Positions 23,490 to 36,239 of a DNA stretch of 63,122 nt are shown one piece after another. Each line of letters begins with the position of its first letter. The stretch's first letter is position 1. The stretch spans positions 97,842,139-97,905,260 of the forward strand of contig NC_068981.1 in NCBI RefSeq assembly GCF_001194135.2, written 5' to 3'. The position numbers and the translations under genes are program-made. Under the pieces are notes generated by a model. That model was not told where the DNA came from and made no database searches. It was given only the letters and a program-made list of their open reading frames with translations. The stretch comes from Octopus bimaculoides. Its lineage: Eukaryota.

Positions 23490-23895
23490 ACAAAGATTGG
23501 ACCTAAATGCCTCTCTAAATATATGGGATGGTTATAATCAGAACTCCTTTGGTGATATGACTTCAACCAGATTGATCTGGGACTAAAAAACAACTAGGGA
23601 TATGGTTTATGCTACTGAGTAAATACTTTTCTTAAAGGATTGAACCAAATACTCCACTAAATATATGAGATGGTTATTCTTCGAACTCTTTTGGTCATAT
23701 AACTGCTCTATCAGGTTGATATCCCTAAACAACAACTAGGGATATAGTTTATGCTACTGAGTAAATACTTAAAGATTGAACCTAAATATCCCACTAAATA
23801 TATGGGATGGTTATGTCAGAATTCCTTTGGTCATATGTCTGCTCAATGAAGTTGATCTGGGACTAAACAATAACTAGGGATATAGTTTATGCTAT
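23490..23895 (+). repeat. Three tandem units of about 140 bp derived from the family E 3' end
   Basis: aactagggatat at 23592, 23734 and 23872 (periods 142, 138). Confidence 0.85.
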
Positions 23896-23897
23896 TA

Positions 23898-24293
23898 GGC
23901 GTAGGAGTGGCTGTGTGATAAGTAGCTTGCTTACCAACCACATGGCTCTGGGTTCAATCCCATTGCGTGGCACCTTGGGCAAGTGTCTTCTACTATAGCC
24001 TCGGGCCAACCAAAGCCTTGTGAGTGGATTTGGTAGATGGAAACTGAAAGAAGCCCATTGTATATATATATATATGTATGTTTGTGTGTCTGTGTTTGTC
24101 CCCCCAACATCGCTTGACAACCAATGCTGGTGTGTTAACATCCCCTTAACTTAGCGGTTCAGAAAAGAGACCGATAGAATAAGTACTAGGCTTACAAAGA
24201 ATAAGTCCTGGGGTCGATTTGCTCGACTAAAGGCGGTGCTCCAGCATGGCTGCAGTCAAATGACTGAAACAAGTAAAAGAGTAAAAAGAGTAA
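23898..24293 (+). mobile_element. SINE family A, full length, young
   Basis: Close match to the 18041 and 55023 copies. Confidence 0.92.
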
Positions 24294-24592
24294 ATAGTCA
24301 CATTATCAAAATCTCAAAGCTACAAGATAATGCATGATTAATTCAAAGCAATGTTAATAAATAATCATAACATTTGACAGAATAATCTGAAGGCTAAAGG
24401 GTTCAAACAAGGACACATTAAACAATATACTTCCTGATGCACAAGGAGATGGGACGGTCATGGTTGGCAGAGCTTTAATCATAGGTAAGCTGGTTATCAT
24501 ATTGCCAAAGATGAGATTCCCCACTACATTCTATTCTTTGATTGGTTTCTGCCAGAGGCTGTAGCCATGCTGGGACACATGAATAATTTTGT

Positions 24593-25008
24593 CTTTTATC
24601 TTTTACTTGTTTCAGTCATTGGACAGCAGCCATGCTGGGGTATCACTCTCAAGGGTATTAGATGAACAAATCAACCACAGTACTTATTCTTTTATTCCTT
24701 TACTGGTATTCTGTTGGCCTCTTTTGTCAAACTGCTAATTTACTGGAACATAAACAAACCAATACCAGTTAACAAATGGTGAGGATGAAAAACATAGACA
24801 AAAAACACTCTCACATGCACACACATGCACAAATATATTATACAATAGGCTTCCACATAGTTTCTGTCGACCAAATTCTCTCATAAAGATTTGGTCGGCC
24901 TGGAGCTGTAGTAGAAGATACTTGCCCAAGGTGCCATGCAGTGGGACTGAACTCAGAACCATGCAGTTGGAAAGCAAACTTCTCAACCACATAGCCACAC
25001 CTGCACCT
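24593..25008 (-). mobile_element. SINE family A, diverged full length (extra head fragment about 25030-25160)
   Basis: Reverse-complement match to head and tail modules. Confidence 0.85.
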
Positions 25009-25260
25009 CCTATTTTTGTCTATGAAAACTCACTCACAAGGCTTGGTTCAACTTGAGTCTACAGTAGGTAAATACTCTTGCCCAAGATGCTACATAATGA
25101 AATTGAACCTGGGCCCTTGTGATTGCAAAGCAAAATTCTTCACCACTCAGCCATGCACCATACAAAAATAAAAGTGCATATAAAAGAAATAGTAAATAAA
25201 TCTCCCTCAAATGACACTCTATTATCTTACATTTAAAAAAATGTAGTCCTAGATGCGTAG

Positions 25261-25590
25261 TGAAGGTATGTGGCTTATTGGTTAAGGTATTTGGCTCACA
25301 GTTGTGAGGTCAAAAGTTCAATTTTCAGTGGTGCATTGTGTCCTTGAGCAAGACACTTTATTTCACATTGCTCTAGTCCACTCAGCTGGCAGAAATTAGA
25401 AGTATCTGTATTTCAAAGGGCCAGGCTTGTCACATTCTGTGTCATGCTGAATCTCCCAGAGAACTACATTCAGGGTACACATGTCTGTGGAGTGTTCAGC
25501 CACTTGTATGCTAATTTCACGAGGAGGCTGTTCCATTGATCAGATCACCCAGAATACTCATTGTCATAACCAACAGATTGCCAGAGTGCC
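25261..25590 (+). mobile_element. SINE family C
   Basis: tRNA-like head, gtgtccttgagcaagacac central domain, shared tail. Confidence 0.82.
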
Positions 25591-26136
25591 AAAGTCTTGG
25601 ATATAATATATCTGGAAATAAAACAAGGGATGGTCATGGCTTGGAATGGCTCCTGAGCATACAGTCTATTGGATCAGAGCTGTCTTGGGACTAAACAATA
25701 ACATAATAACACTACAGCACTACTACACTCCATACCAGTTCATATTACCAAACACCACCCTCATACCACCACATCACTACATATTACATACTAACCCTCA
25801 ATACCATCACCACCACCATCACTGCACAAGGTGATGTCAGCGTGGGTCATGTCACAACTGTAATTAACATAGTGTGTCATTTTGTATTAAGTGAGATATA
25901 TAGGTACAGTGTGTGTGTATGTGCTGGTTTCATAGATGAAAATATGTACATGCATACATATATACGTGCTGTGTATTGTGTACCCACACACATACACTTA
26001 TACCCCTATGTTTACATTTATATGATCACGTATACCTGCGTATACTCCCGTATACATTTACATGTGCATATGTACTTGTGCATACCCATGCAGTTGTGTA
26101 GTACAGTACATACAGAAATAATTACGGATGTGTGTA

Positions 26137-26180
<44 letters not shown>

Positions 26181-26662
26181 CATACATACTGACATATATA
26201 TACATACATACACACACATACATTGGATCACCTATGCTCAGTGCATACATACAATGTATTTACACCAAAACATGCATTTGTATGTATGTATGTATACACA
26301 CAAACATATATACATGCATACATATTCCCACATATACATGTGCATACATACATACAAATGTACACACATTTGCATTCATACAACATTGCAGGCACACACA
26401 TGCACATACATACACACACAGTCATACATATAGAAACACACCTCAGAAGTAGATATGAATATTTGAAATTCATGTCACTTTTCACTTCCTTCTTTCCCTT
26501 GTCAATTACAGCTTGCCTGGAGATGGAGTGGAAGTTGTAGGGAGTCTGTTGGGTGGCGAATATTAAAGGATTGGGTGGAGCAGTGGAGGTGGATAGTTTC
26601 CGGGTTCAAACATATCTTTGTGTGCCATAATTATTATTATCATCATCATCATCATCATTATT

Positions 26663-27580
26663 AAAGTGATGAGCTGGTGGAATTGCTAGCAGACTGAGCA
26701 AAATGCTTAGCAGCTTTTCATCCATCTTTACATTCTGAATTCAAATACCACTGAGGTCAACTTTGCAGTTCATCTTTTTGGGATTGATGAAATGAATAGC
26801 AGTTTAGCACTGGGGTTGATGTAGTCAACTTACTCCCACCCCTAAACTTGTTGGTCTTGTGCAAAAATTTGAAACCATTACTCTTTTACTCATTTACTTG
26901 TTTCAGGCATTTGACTGCGGTCATGCTGGGGCACCGCCTTTAGTCAAGCAAATCGACCCCAGGACTTATTCTTTGTAAGCCTAATACTTATTCTATCAGT
27001 CTCTTTTGCCAAACCACTTAGTTACGGGGATGCAAACACACCACCATCGGTTGTCAAGCGATGTTGGGCGGACAGACAGACACACACATATATATATATA
27101 CATATATACGACAGGCTTCTTTCAGTTTCCATCTTCCAAATCCACTCACAAGGCTTTGGTTGGCCTGAGGCTATAGTAGAAGACACTTGCCCAAGGTATC
27201 ACACAGTGGGAATGAACCCAGAACCATGTGGTTGATAAGCAAGCTACTTACCATACAGCCACTCATTATTATTATTATTATTATTAAAGCAACAAGCTGA
27301 CAAAATCATTAGCACACCAAACAAAATACTTAGTAGCATTTTGTCCATTTTGTTCATTCTGAGTTCAAAATCTGCAGAGGCTGACTTTACTTTTCATCCT
27401 TTCAGAATTGATGAAATAAGAACCAGTTGAGCACTGGGGTCAATGTCATCAACTAGTGCCCCCTCCTCAAAATTTCAAGCATTGTGCCTATAGTAAAAAG
27501 GATTAATATTATTAAGACAGCAAGCTGGTGGTATCATTAACCCTCAGACAAAACACTTAGTAGCATTTTTTTCCATCTTT
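26663..27580 (+). mobile_element. Chain of SINE family D copies (26663-26880, 27286-27512, head 27513-27580), interrupted by an A copy
   Basis: Each unit begins ttaa(a)g right after (ATT)n. Confidence 0.8.
26879..27264 (-). mobile_element. SINE family A, inserted in the (ATT)n tail of a family D SINE
   Basis: Flanks gaaaccatta| and |attattatt. Confidence 0.9.
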
Positions 27581-28047
27581 ACAGTTCACTAAGGGACATG
27601 CTCAAATGGTTAAGGTCAATCAAGTGACTAGCAAATTTGTGGTATTGAGCAGAATATTTGCTGTAACGATATTTCTGCTTCAGCAACCCAGTACTGAATC
27701 TGTCTGAAATGTAATGGAAAATGTCCAGGTCACAAAAGCAAAGTTTGAAGGGAATAACAACCATTTCCTTTGATTTATAGATAGAAGCAAATAAGAAATA
27801 ACACTTACTGACCAAAGACCAAAAAAAATTTTAATTTTGTTACACAATGTTAATTAACATTACTATTATTTTTTAATTGTGTTTTACTAATTTTGTTATT
27901 TATTTTTATTTCTTTACATATTTTATTTTTTAGATAGTTTATTTATTTTATCTTTTACCCCTTTCTTTTACATTATTAATATTTGCACTCAACCTTCTCC
28001 TCTACACCTCTTTCTGTGTCCCCCTAAATAAGCAATACAAATGTAAT

Positions 28048-28124
28048 CTATTTAGAGTGTTGTTTTGCTGTGAGAATGTCAAAACAATCAGCTAACTTAG
28101 CGAGATGTGTTACTGTGGAATGTT
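28048..28124 (-). CDS. Candidate antisense terminal exon (xHSTVTHLAKLADCFDILTAKQHSK*)
   Basis: Acceptor ttttctaaatttttcag, 24 codons to TAG, then AT-rich UTR-like sequence. No homology recognised; could be chance. Confidence 0.22.
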
Positions 28125-29032
28125 CTGAAAAATTTAGAAAATCTTAATTTTACTTAGGTTCAATTTCATTTCGTGTCTCTTTTCTGCTGATGTTTAACCT
28201 CAGAGCAACCTTAATCAAACATACCTCTGATCACAGGCATTCCACCTTTGGCCATCTCATTTTATTTTCAAACCATATATCTAGAACTACATTATCTAAA
28301 GCATCCTTAGAAGTAGTTAGAAATTTGGCTGCTATTTCTAATAGACTGGGTGTCTACATACGAGCTTCCTTATTTTGTTAAGATATTGGGAATTAGAACA
28401 TGTAAAGTCAATTGCCTCTATGAATATGCAGACCTTTAATTAAAAGCATTTCAGCTGTGACCATTATTTCTTGGAATTCCATTGCTAATGTAGTCCTTTT
28501 CCTAAGGACTTCATTAGATAATAGAATTCATCATCATCATTACTTAGCATTTGTATTCCATACTGGCATGGAATGAACTGTTCAACAATCCTCCAACAGG
28601 CCAGAGGACTGCATTGAGCTACAATGTCTTCTTTGGCATGGTTTCTACAGCTGGATGTCCTTCCTAATGCTAACCACTTTACAGAGAGTACTAGGTAGAT
28701 TTTTCATGACACTAGCACTAACAATACATTACAGCATCATTTTTATTGTCTCTCTGATTATTCTTTTCTTTTTCATGCATGACCATTTTTTTATCACGTG
28801 TTCATGAACTGAATGACCTCCCCATTTCCCTTCCTTGAGCCTTCAACTCTTGATGGAGTCATAAGGATGCCATCATATATAGTATGTTGTGGACATCTAA
28901 ATCCATCAGAGTCCATCCCTCTCTAGGTTCAAGCACAGCTGATTTCTTCTAAAGCTAAAAGAGAACATACCTTGGTACCAGACTGGTACTTTATTTATTG
29001 ACTCCATAAAATCATTCTAGCTAACATCTACC

Positions 29033-29200
29033 AGCTCTGCCAATGTGGTAAGAAGCTTGCTTCCCAATCACATGGTTCCAGGTTCATTCCCACTGTGTGG
29101 CACTTTGGGCAAGTGTCTTCTACTATAGCTTCAGGCCGACCAAAACCTTGTGAATGGATTTAGTAGACAGAAACTGAAAGAAGTCCATCATATATATATC
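29033..29200 (+). mobile_element. SINE family A head only, tandem to the next copy
   Basis: Head module ending in (TA)n. Confidence 0.85.
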
Positions 29201-29873
29201 TATAGCTGTGTGGTAAGAAGCTTGCTTCCACATCACATGGTTCCAGGTTCAGTCCCATTGTGTGTCACCTTGGGCAAGTGTCTTCTACTATAGCCTCAGG
29301 CCGACCAGGGCCTTGTGAGTGGATTTGGTAGATGGAAACTGTAAGAAACTCATTGTATATATATATATATATATCTTTTATTTTTTATCTTTTACTCGTT
29401 TCAGTAATTAGACTGTGGCCATGCTGGGGCACTGCCTTGAAGAAGTTTAGGCGAATTAATCAACCCCAGTACTCTTTTTTTTAAACCTGGTACCTATTCT
29501 ATTGATCCCTTTTAGTGAACCACTTTACAAGGATGTAAATACACCAACACTGGTTACCAAGTGGTGATAGGGAAACACACATAGACAAAAAGACACACAC
29601 ACACAGATATATATATATATATAAAATGGGCTTCTTTTAGTTTCCATCTATCAAATTCTCTCACAAGGCTTTGGTTGGACTGAGGCTATAGTAGAAGATG
29701 CTTGCCCAAGGTACCACACAGTGGGACTGAACCAAGAATCATGTATATATATATAAATATATATATGTATGCATGTGTGTGTGTCTTTCTTTCTGTGCTT
29801 GTCCCCCACCACTGTTTGACAACCAGTATAGGTTTGTTTATATCCCTGTAATTTGGTGTTTCAGCAAAAAGAA
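29201..29873 (+). mobile_element. SINE family A, split by a nested antisense A copy
   Basis: Head 29201-29355, (TA)n, insert 29375-29743, (TA)n, tail module 29770-29873. Confidence 0.82.
29375..29743 (-). mobile_element. SINE family A, nested in the (TA)n linker of another A copy
   Basis: Reverse-complement tail plus 5'-truncated head, with (TA)n on both sides. Confidence 0.85.
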
Positions 29874-30129
29874 ATATTTAAAGATCTGTGAAGGATCTGA
29901 AGAAATAAACAATTTTAAATGTTTGTACTCTATGATTTTAAATGTAAAATTGATGATGCATTGTGTTGCTGCATCTACCACTAGCCAAACAAAAATAGAA
30001 TCAAGTGTTAGTTAGTCATGAGTTGTTTGAGCCTTGGAATGTTGGTGAAAGGCTTCTAAAAAGTGTTATAATAAGTGACATAATGAAGGTATAGAAAAAG
30101 GAAGTCAGTTGCTTCGTTGAGTAGGATTA

Positions 30130-30364
30130 TCATTGTCACAACCAAAAGAAAAATAAAGTCCAAGTCACTGAAATGTGAAGGTGATACTGATCATCTTTTC
30201 TGATTGGAGGGGCATTGTTCATTGTGAGTCTGTTGTTCATGATTAGACGATCAATAAAGAAATTAACTTGGATGTTCTGAAGTGTTGGAGAGAGGTACTA
30301 AGAGGGAAGAGGCTTGAAACATGGTCAAACAAAACTTGGATGCAGTGCCATGATGACACGCCTG
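30130..30364 (+). mobile_element. mariner (DD34D) transposase fragment, decayed
   Basis: Translates as VKVILIIFSDWRGIVHCESVVHD*TINKEINLDVLKCWREVLRGKRLETWSNKTWMQCHDDTP, a match to the mariner core KGIVH.E...GQTVN...Y..VL.RL...RKRP.......HHDNAP. Confidence 0.88.
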
Positions 30365-31086
30365 TTTGGTTTCTTTCGGACAGATTTCATATGCAACTAG
30401 CTAATTCAGAGGAGCAGAGGCTGTTGTAATTGTGATAGGATAGTCAGTGGGGAGATATAACATGTCTGTAAGGTCAAAGGTTGTAATGTGCTGGTGAGTG
30501 AGTCTTTGCCTGTTAGTTTGATGGCCAGCTTTTGGATACAATCTGGGATGCTTGTATGTGTAACAGCAACAATATCCCAGCTATAGAACTGGTACTTAGT
30601 TTTTTTGTTTCATACATGAGTTTTGTAGAGGGCCAGTAAAAGATTGAGCAAAGTCTCTAGTGTAAGATGTAAAAGGAGACACAATAGAAAAGATGAAATT
30701 GTGGATATGTGATGCAAATAAATGTTGAGTGTTGAATGAGAAAAGAAGTGCCATGTGCTGACAATGAATGATGCTCAAAATAGAGTAAGACATGAACAAA
30801 TGTGATGAGGTCAGATATTCAAATTATGGACCTCTTAAATGAAATGATATAGGTCAAGACATGTGTCTTTTATTATCATATAAATCCAGCCATCCAGTGC
30901 ATGCTAGCATGCAAAAAATAAAAAAAACAAACAAACATTAAAATCAGTTTTAAAAAATCAAGCCAGTTAACTGCGTATAATGAATCTAGGACTTGATAGG
31001 TGTGTATGTACACACACACACACACACACACATTTACACATGTATGTATTTATGTATGTATATGTATGTGTGTGTACATATAAATA

Positions 31087-31120
<34 letters not shown>

Positions 31121-31939
31121 CACATGTGTGTATATGTATATATATGTGTGTATAATATATATATGTATATATATACACATATATATATATATATACATAT
31201 ATATATGTATATACTCTTACTTCTCCTTACCTGGCACAAGGCCACCTCCCTCAATACCACTCTCCATCTCAGGGATCTTTGTCTTGCAAGTAACTTGGTG
31301 ACCTCAATAGTGCTAGTGCCATGTTAAATGCACTCAGTACCCTCTGTAATGTGGTTGGTATTAGGAAAGGCATCCAGTCTTAGAAATCATGCCAAAGGTG
31401 ATGGTTGAGCTTGGTGCACTTCTCTGGCTTGCTAGTTCTTGCCAAATGGTCCAACCCATGCCAGCATGGAAAACAAATGTTAAATGATGATGGTGATGAT
31501 GATGTAAAGAGTATAAAACCCACAGAATTGTCTTCCCTTACACACACTTCCTGTTTTGACACCACACTTCCTGCTTAACACATAAACTTTCAGACTCTTC
31601 TTTTTAAACACAACTCTTAATTCCATGCATCCTAATCTTTCTAACAATTATCTACATGGATTACCATTGAACTTTAAAAGCTCAAAGACAATATTATGTA
31701 TTGGTATATTTATTTTTTTACATATTATTTTTTATTTTTTTGTAAAAAACATTTTCATTCTCCCTCTTCTTCAAAATTTGCCATGCAATGAAAGCCGGTT
31801 AGAAATCATTTTTAATCCTCCTTATACACATCTATATTAGAATATGCTTTCAGTTTAGCATTCTGCCTTATTATTATTTTTCATGTAGACATGACAGGCA
31901 TTCTAGCCTTGGACCAAAGCAATCCTTCATGTGTGTGTT

Positions 31940-32360
31940 TGGTTGTGTCTTAAGAAGCTTGCTTCTCAGTCATATGGTCTTGGGTTCAGTCTCTTAGTGC
32001 AGCACATTGGTTATCTTCTATGATAGCCCCAGTTATAATAGAAACTATGCCTTGTGTGTAGGTTTGGTAGATGGAAACTGAAAGAAGCTTATTACATATG
32101 AATGTGTTCAAATGTTTGTGTGTGCCCTTGTGTAGACATCACATGATGGTTGCAAATAAGCACTGTTGTCAAACTAGAGAGGATGTTCGTTTCCAGTCTT
32201 CTCTGACAAATATGTCTGGTCATGGCAGGAAAATATCACCTTTCTTGGAAACGGGTGAAGGCTGGCAACAGAAAAAGCATCTGGCCATAGAAAACCTGAC
32301 TCAATAAAATCTGTCTGACCTATGCAAACATGGAAAAGTGAATATTATGATTATGATGAG
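31940..32360 (+). mobile_element. SINE family B, diverged
   Basis: A-type head plus B-type tail. Confidence 0.72.
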
Positions 32361-33777
32361 GAGAATATTTGCATGTGTACGTATATATTTTTTTAAATCT
32401 TGTATGTTCTCTAACACACACACGTGTGCGTGCGTATGCACAGCTACCATAACACCATACCTTGTCACCCACCTATCTTTCTTTGCATGTTTTAAGTGAT
32501 GAACTAACTGGACGTTACTATAATTGATCACTGCAATCTCATGCAGAAACATTTTTCCGTTTCATTTTTTTTTCTTTTTTTTCCATGGAAAAAGAGAGAG
32601 AGTAAATTTTCATAATTATGTGTATGTGTGTATGATCTTGTATCTGTCAACTCTTGGAGGAAAATGGTTTGGTAAATGGGGATAAGCTGATGAGTTTGGT
32701 GAATGGAGTTGGTGGGGGGGGGGGTGCTGTTGAAGTGAGCAGAGGCAGTAAAGCAGTACAGTGGTTTTCTGTAGAAACCAAACCCTGCAAGCAATGTGAT
32801 TTGTCACCTGAGCGTGTTGGTTTGGCACCAATGTTCTCGCTGTCAATTTGGCCTAGCCATTCATTTCTCTTGCTTTGCACCTCGATTTGTTCAATGGTTA
32901 TCTCCCACCAACACCGCCACCACCTTACACACACACACACACACTCCTATGTGTGTATGCGTGTGTTGGTCTTGTGAGCGATTATGCATTTGTGTATGTG
33001 AGCTGATGTGCAGAATGTGTAAGAGCACTTTCCAAGGGACAACATGGAATCTCTCATTTTTGCCTCTCTAACTATGTTTCTATTTGTCTGAACTGTATGT
33101 GTGTGTGTGTGTGTGCATGTGCATGCATGTGTGTATGTGTGTGTTCTGTTTATTAATCTATCTATATTTGAATTGTCGCACACAACTACAAACAAACACG
33201 CACACAACTGCACTCTATGTAGTAGTGTATGTTCTGTTTATTAATCTATATTATCTGAATTGTCTTTCTCTGTCTCTCTCTCTCTCTCTCTCACACACAC
33301 AACAACAACAACACACTGTGTAGCTGTATCTCTCTGTGTGTATTCATGTTCTGTTTTATCTGTTCATCCATCCATCTATCTAGCTATATAATCTAATCAT
33401 CTATTTATCTAATCTACTGCTCTACCTTTCTAAACTCTATCTGATTTGTCTATGTGCATGTCTGTCCACCTAAAGTATCTACCTAATTTATCTATCACTT
33501 TATTTATGCCACTCTTTTTTTTTTATTTCTCTCTCTCTCTGTACACACACACACACACACACACATATAAAACACCATCCATCCATTCATGAACCTGTCT
33601 GTCTATCCATCCATCCAGGCATGTTTGAATTTCTCTCTCTATCTCTCTTTGTGTATGTGTGTGTGTGCATATCTACACATGTTTGTGTATGCATGTATGT
33701 ATGTGTATGCATTTCTATACATAGGTATCTGTATATACATATATGCATTTATATATATATATGTATGCATTTGTATA

Positions 33778-33819
<42 letters not shown>

Positions 33820-34079
33820 CATGTATGCATTTGTATGTATATGTATGTGTGTAGGTATATATGTGTGTGTATTTGCATATATATACATGTTTGTATATGT
33901 GTCTGTATGTAAAATTAGACGCACACATAAAAGTTTCTTCTCTCTCTCACCATCCCCTTCAGTTCTGGCTCTCACCTTCCTTTAGTCTCAGCTTTGTTCT
34001 CTTATATCTTACAAAGAGCTTTGTCCCCTATTTTTCTGGTGATTCCCTCCAATTTTCACACGTCATAAACCAATAAAAG

Positions 34080-34140
34080 CTATGTCTGACCTGCTGTTAC
34101 TTCTCTTTACTTTTTCAATTATTATCTTCTGTTTCTTTGC

Positions 34141-34183
<43 letters not shown>

Positions 34184-35580
34184 TCCCTCCACCTCTGTCT
34201 TTCTCCTCTTCCTCTTTCCCCCTTCTACACCTTCCATTCTTTCTCTATGCCCCTTTTCTCTATCCTTGCCCCTGTCTCTATTTTTCCCCATCACCCTCCT
34301 CTCTCTCTCACCCTCTCTCATTTTCTTTTACTTTCTCTTCCTCATTCTCTCTCATCCTTGCTCTATCTATCTCTCTTTCATTCTTCTCTCTCTCTCATTC
34401 TCTCTCTTTCTCTCTCTCCACCTCTATCTTTCTACTCTTCCTCTTTCTTCTCTACCTTCCATTCTTTCTCTCTCTCTGCCCTTCTCGTGATCCCTGTCCC
34501 TGTGTCTATTTTTCCCTATCTCCTTCCTCTCTCTCTCACTCTTTCATTCTCTCCTCTCCACAATGTTTGTCTCCCAAGATGCTACATTATGTAATTCACA
34601 CACAAATTTAGATAATAAAACTGTCCACTATGGCTGTATCTACATACCACTGTCTAACACTACACTCTGTCTTTATGTATTTTGATGACAATTGGAAATT
34701 ATTTTCTGCTTCCTGTCAAGCTGTCTCATTGCTTACAAACTTCTCTCATTGTCTTACTGTCTCCCTATTTTATTGACTGTCTGCTTGTCTCAATGACTGT
34801 TTACTTATCTTACTGTATGTCTGCATCGTTGTATGTCTTTGTCTTGCTCTCAATCCCACAATCTATCTGTCTCACAGTTTTGTCTATCTTACAGTCTGTC
34901 TCATGGCCTTTCTGTCTCACAGTCTATCAGTCCCACAACCTCTCTGTCCTGCAGTCTATCTATCCCACAGACAATCTGTTCCACGGTCTATCTATCCCAC
35001 AGTCAATCCGTTCCACAGTCTATCTATTCCTCAATCTATCTGTCCCACGGTCTAATTTTTTCCCTGTCTACCTATTTCACTGGCTGTGTTCTTATCTCAA
35101 CAACTGTTTGCTTATCTTACTGTATGTGTATCTCACTATATGTCTCTAACTCACTCTCAGTCCTATAGTCTATCTCTCCAACAGTCTATCTACCTCACTG
35201 TCTGTCTCATAATCTATTTGTCTAACAGTCTGCCTATTTTACTGTGACACTGTCTCATTGTATGTCTGTCTCACTCTCTATCTGTCTATCTCACTATCTG
35301 TCTATGAATGTCTGTTTCACTCTGTCTACCACACTATCTGTTTGTCTCACAATCTCCCCCCACCCTGTCTTTCATTGTGTATCTCTGTTACTGCTTGACT
35401 GTATTACTGTTGCTCAATCTCATCTTTTTGCCTGTCTCTTTGCCTCATTGCCCATCTCACTGTCCACTTCACTGACCAACTGCGTGTCACACTGCATGTC
35501 TTCCTGCCTTCTTCTTTGTTTAACTGTCTGTCTGTTTGACCATCTGCCCAACTCCTCTCTGCTGGTATTTCTTCTCACGT
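34080..35580 (+). repeat. Pyrimidine-rich low-complexity region: (CT)n-like 34080-34560, then cryptic (TGTC/TCTA) repeats
   Basis: Strong C/T strand bias; recurring cacagtctatc units. Confidence 0.85.
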
Positions 35581-35891
35581 TTCTATTTTTCAAGTTCTAT
35601 TTTTGCTTTATAGTAAAATGCATTTCAATTCTAAAAGCTTAATGCTAGCCCAGAAATGTACTTATTCATCATCTTTATCATCATTGCTGTTGTCATCATA
35701 TTGATAATGCCAGTGGTGATGATGATGATGATAGTCATGGAAAAAAATATTCACAAACAATATTAGTTAAATTTTTTTTTTGCATCTTTTAATCTTAGTT
35801 TCAGTTTACCCTTTTCCAAGTTTCATTCCTTCCTTAAATTTTTCATTCTCAAATGCAATAAACTTTCCATGGATATATTTTCTGATTGCAG

Positions 35892-35938
35892 GTTTTTGTT
35901 GACACCCCTGGACTTGTTACTTCGAAGAGCTTTTCAAA
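35892..35938 (+). CDS. ERAL1: ERAL1 internal exon with G3 motif: VFVDTPGLVTSKSFS(K)
   Basis: Acceptor ttttctgattgcag, donor gtaagt; 47 nt, phase 0/2. DTPG is the GTPase G3 box and continues the 13306 exon in frame. Confidence 0.94.
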
Positions 35939-36239
35939 GTAAGTTCTGTTGTGTTATTTTTTTTTTTTTAACGAAAGCATATCATTGGATTGTTGTTGAA
36001 ATTCAAGTTCTTCCTAGAGATTTCCACACAGTTTCCGTCTACTCAAAGCTAAGGGAAAGACTCTTGCCTAAAGTGCTGTACAGCCAATTGAATCTAGGAC
36101 GTCCTGTTTGAAAAGCAAATTGCTTTACCACATTGCCATGCTTACATCTATTCATACTGGAGTGGGATTTGTAGATGACACCCTTGCAGGTCAAGTGATC
36201 ATGTAAAAGGCTCTCTCATTGGCTTAAAAAAAAAAGGCA

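Noticed and set aside
23490-23895. CRISPR-like repeat-spacer arrangement
   Set aside because: Eukaryotic context; the whole units are homologous, with no unique spacers.
31226-31245. cttacctggca resembling the U1 snRNA 5' end
   Set aside because: The match is about 11 nt and the rest is retroposon sequence.
32750-32920. NFI/Meis-like motif cluster suggesting an enhancer
   Set aside because: Motifs this short occur by chance; conservation data would be needed.
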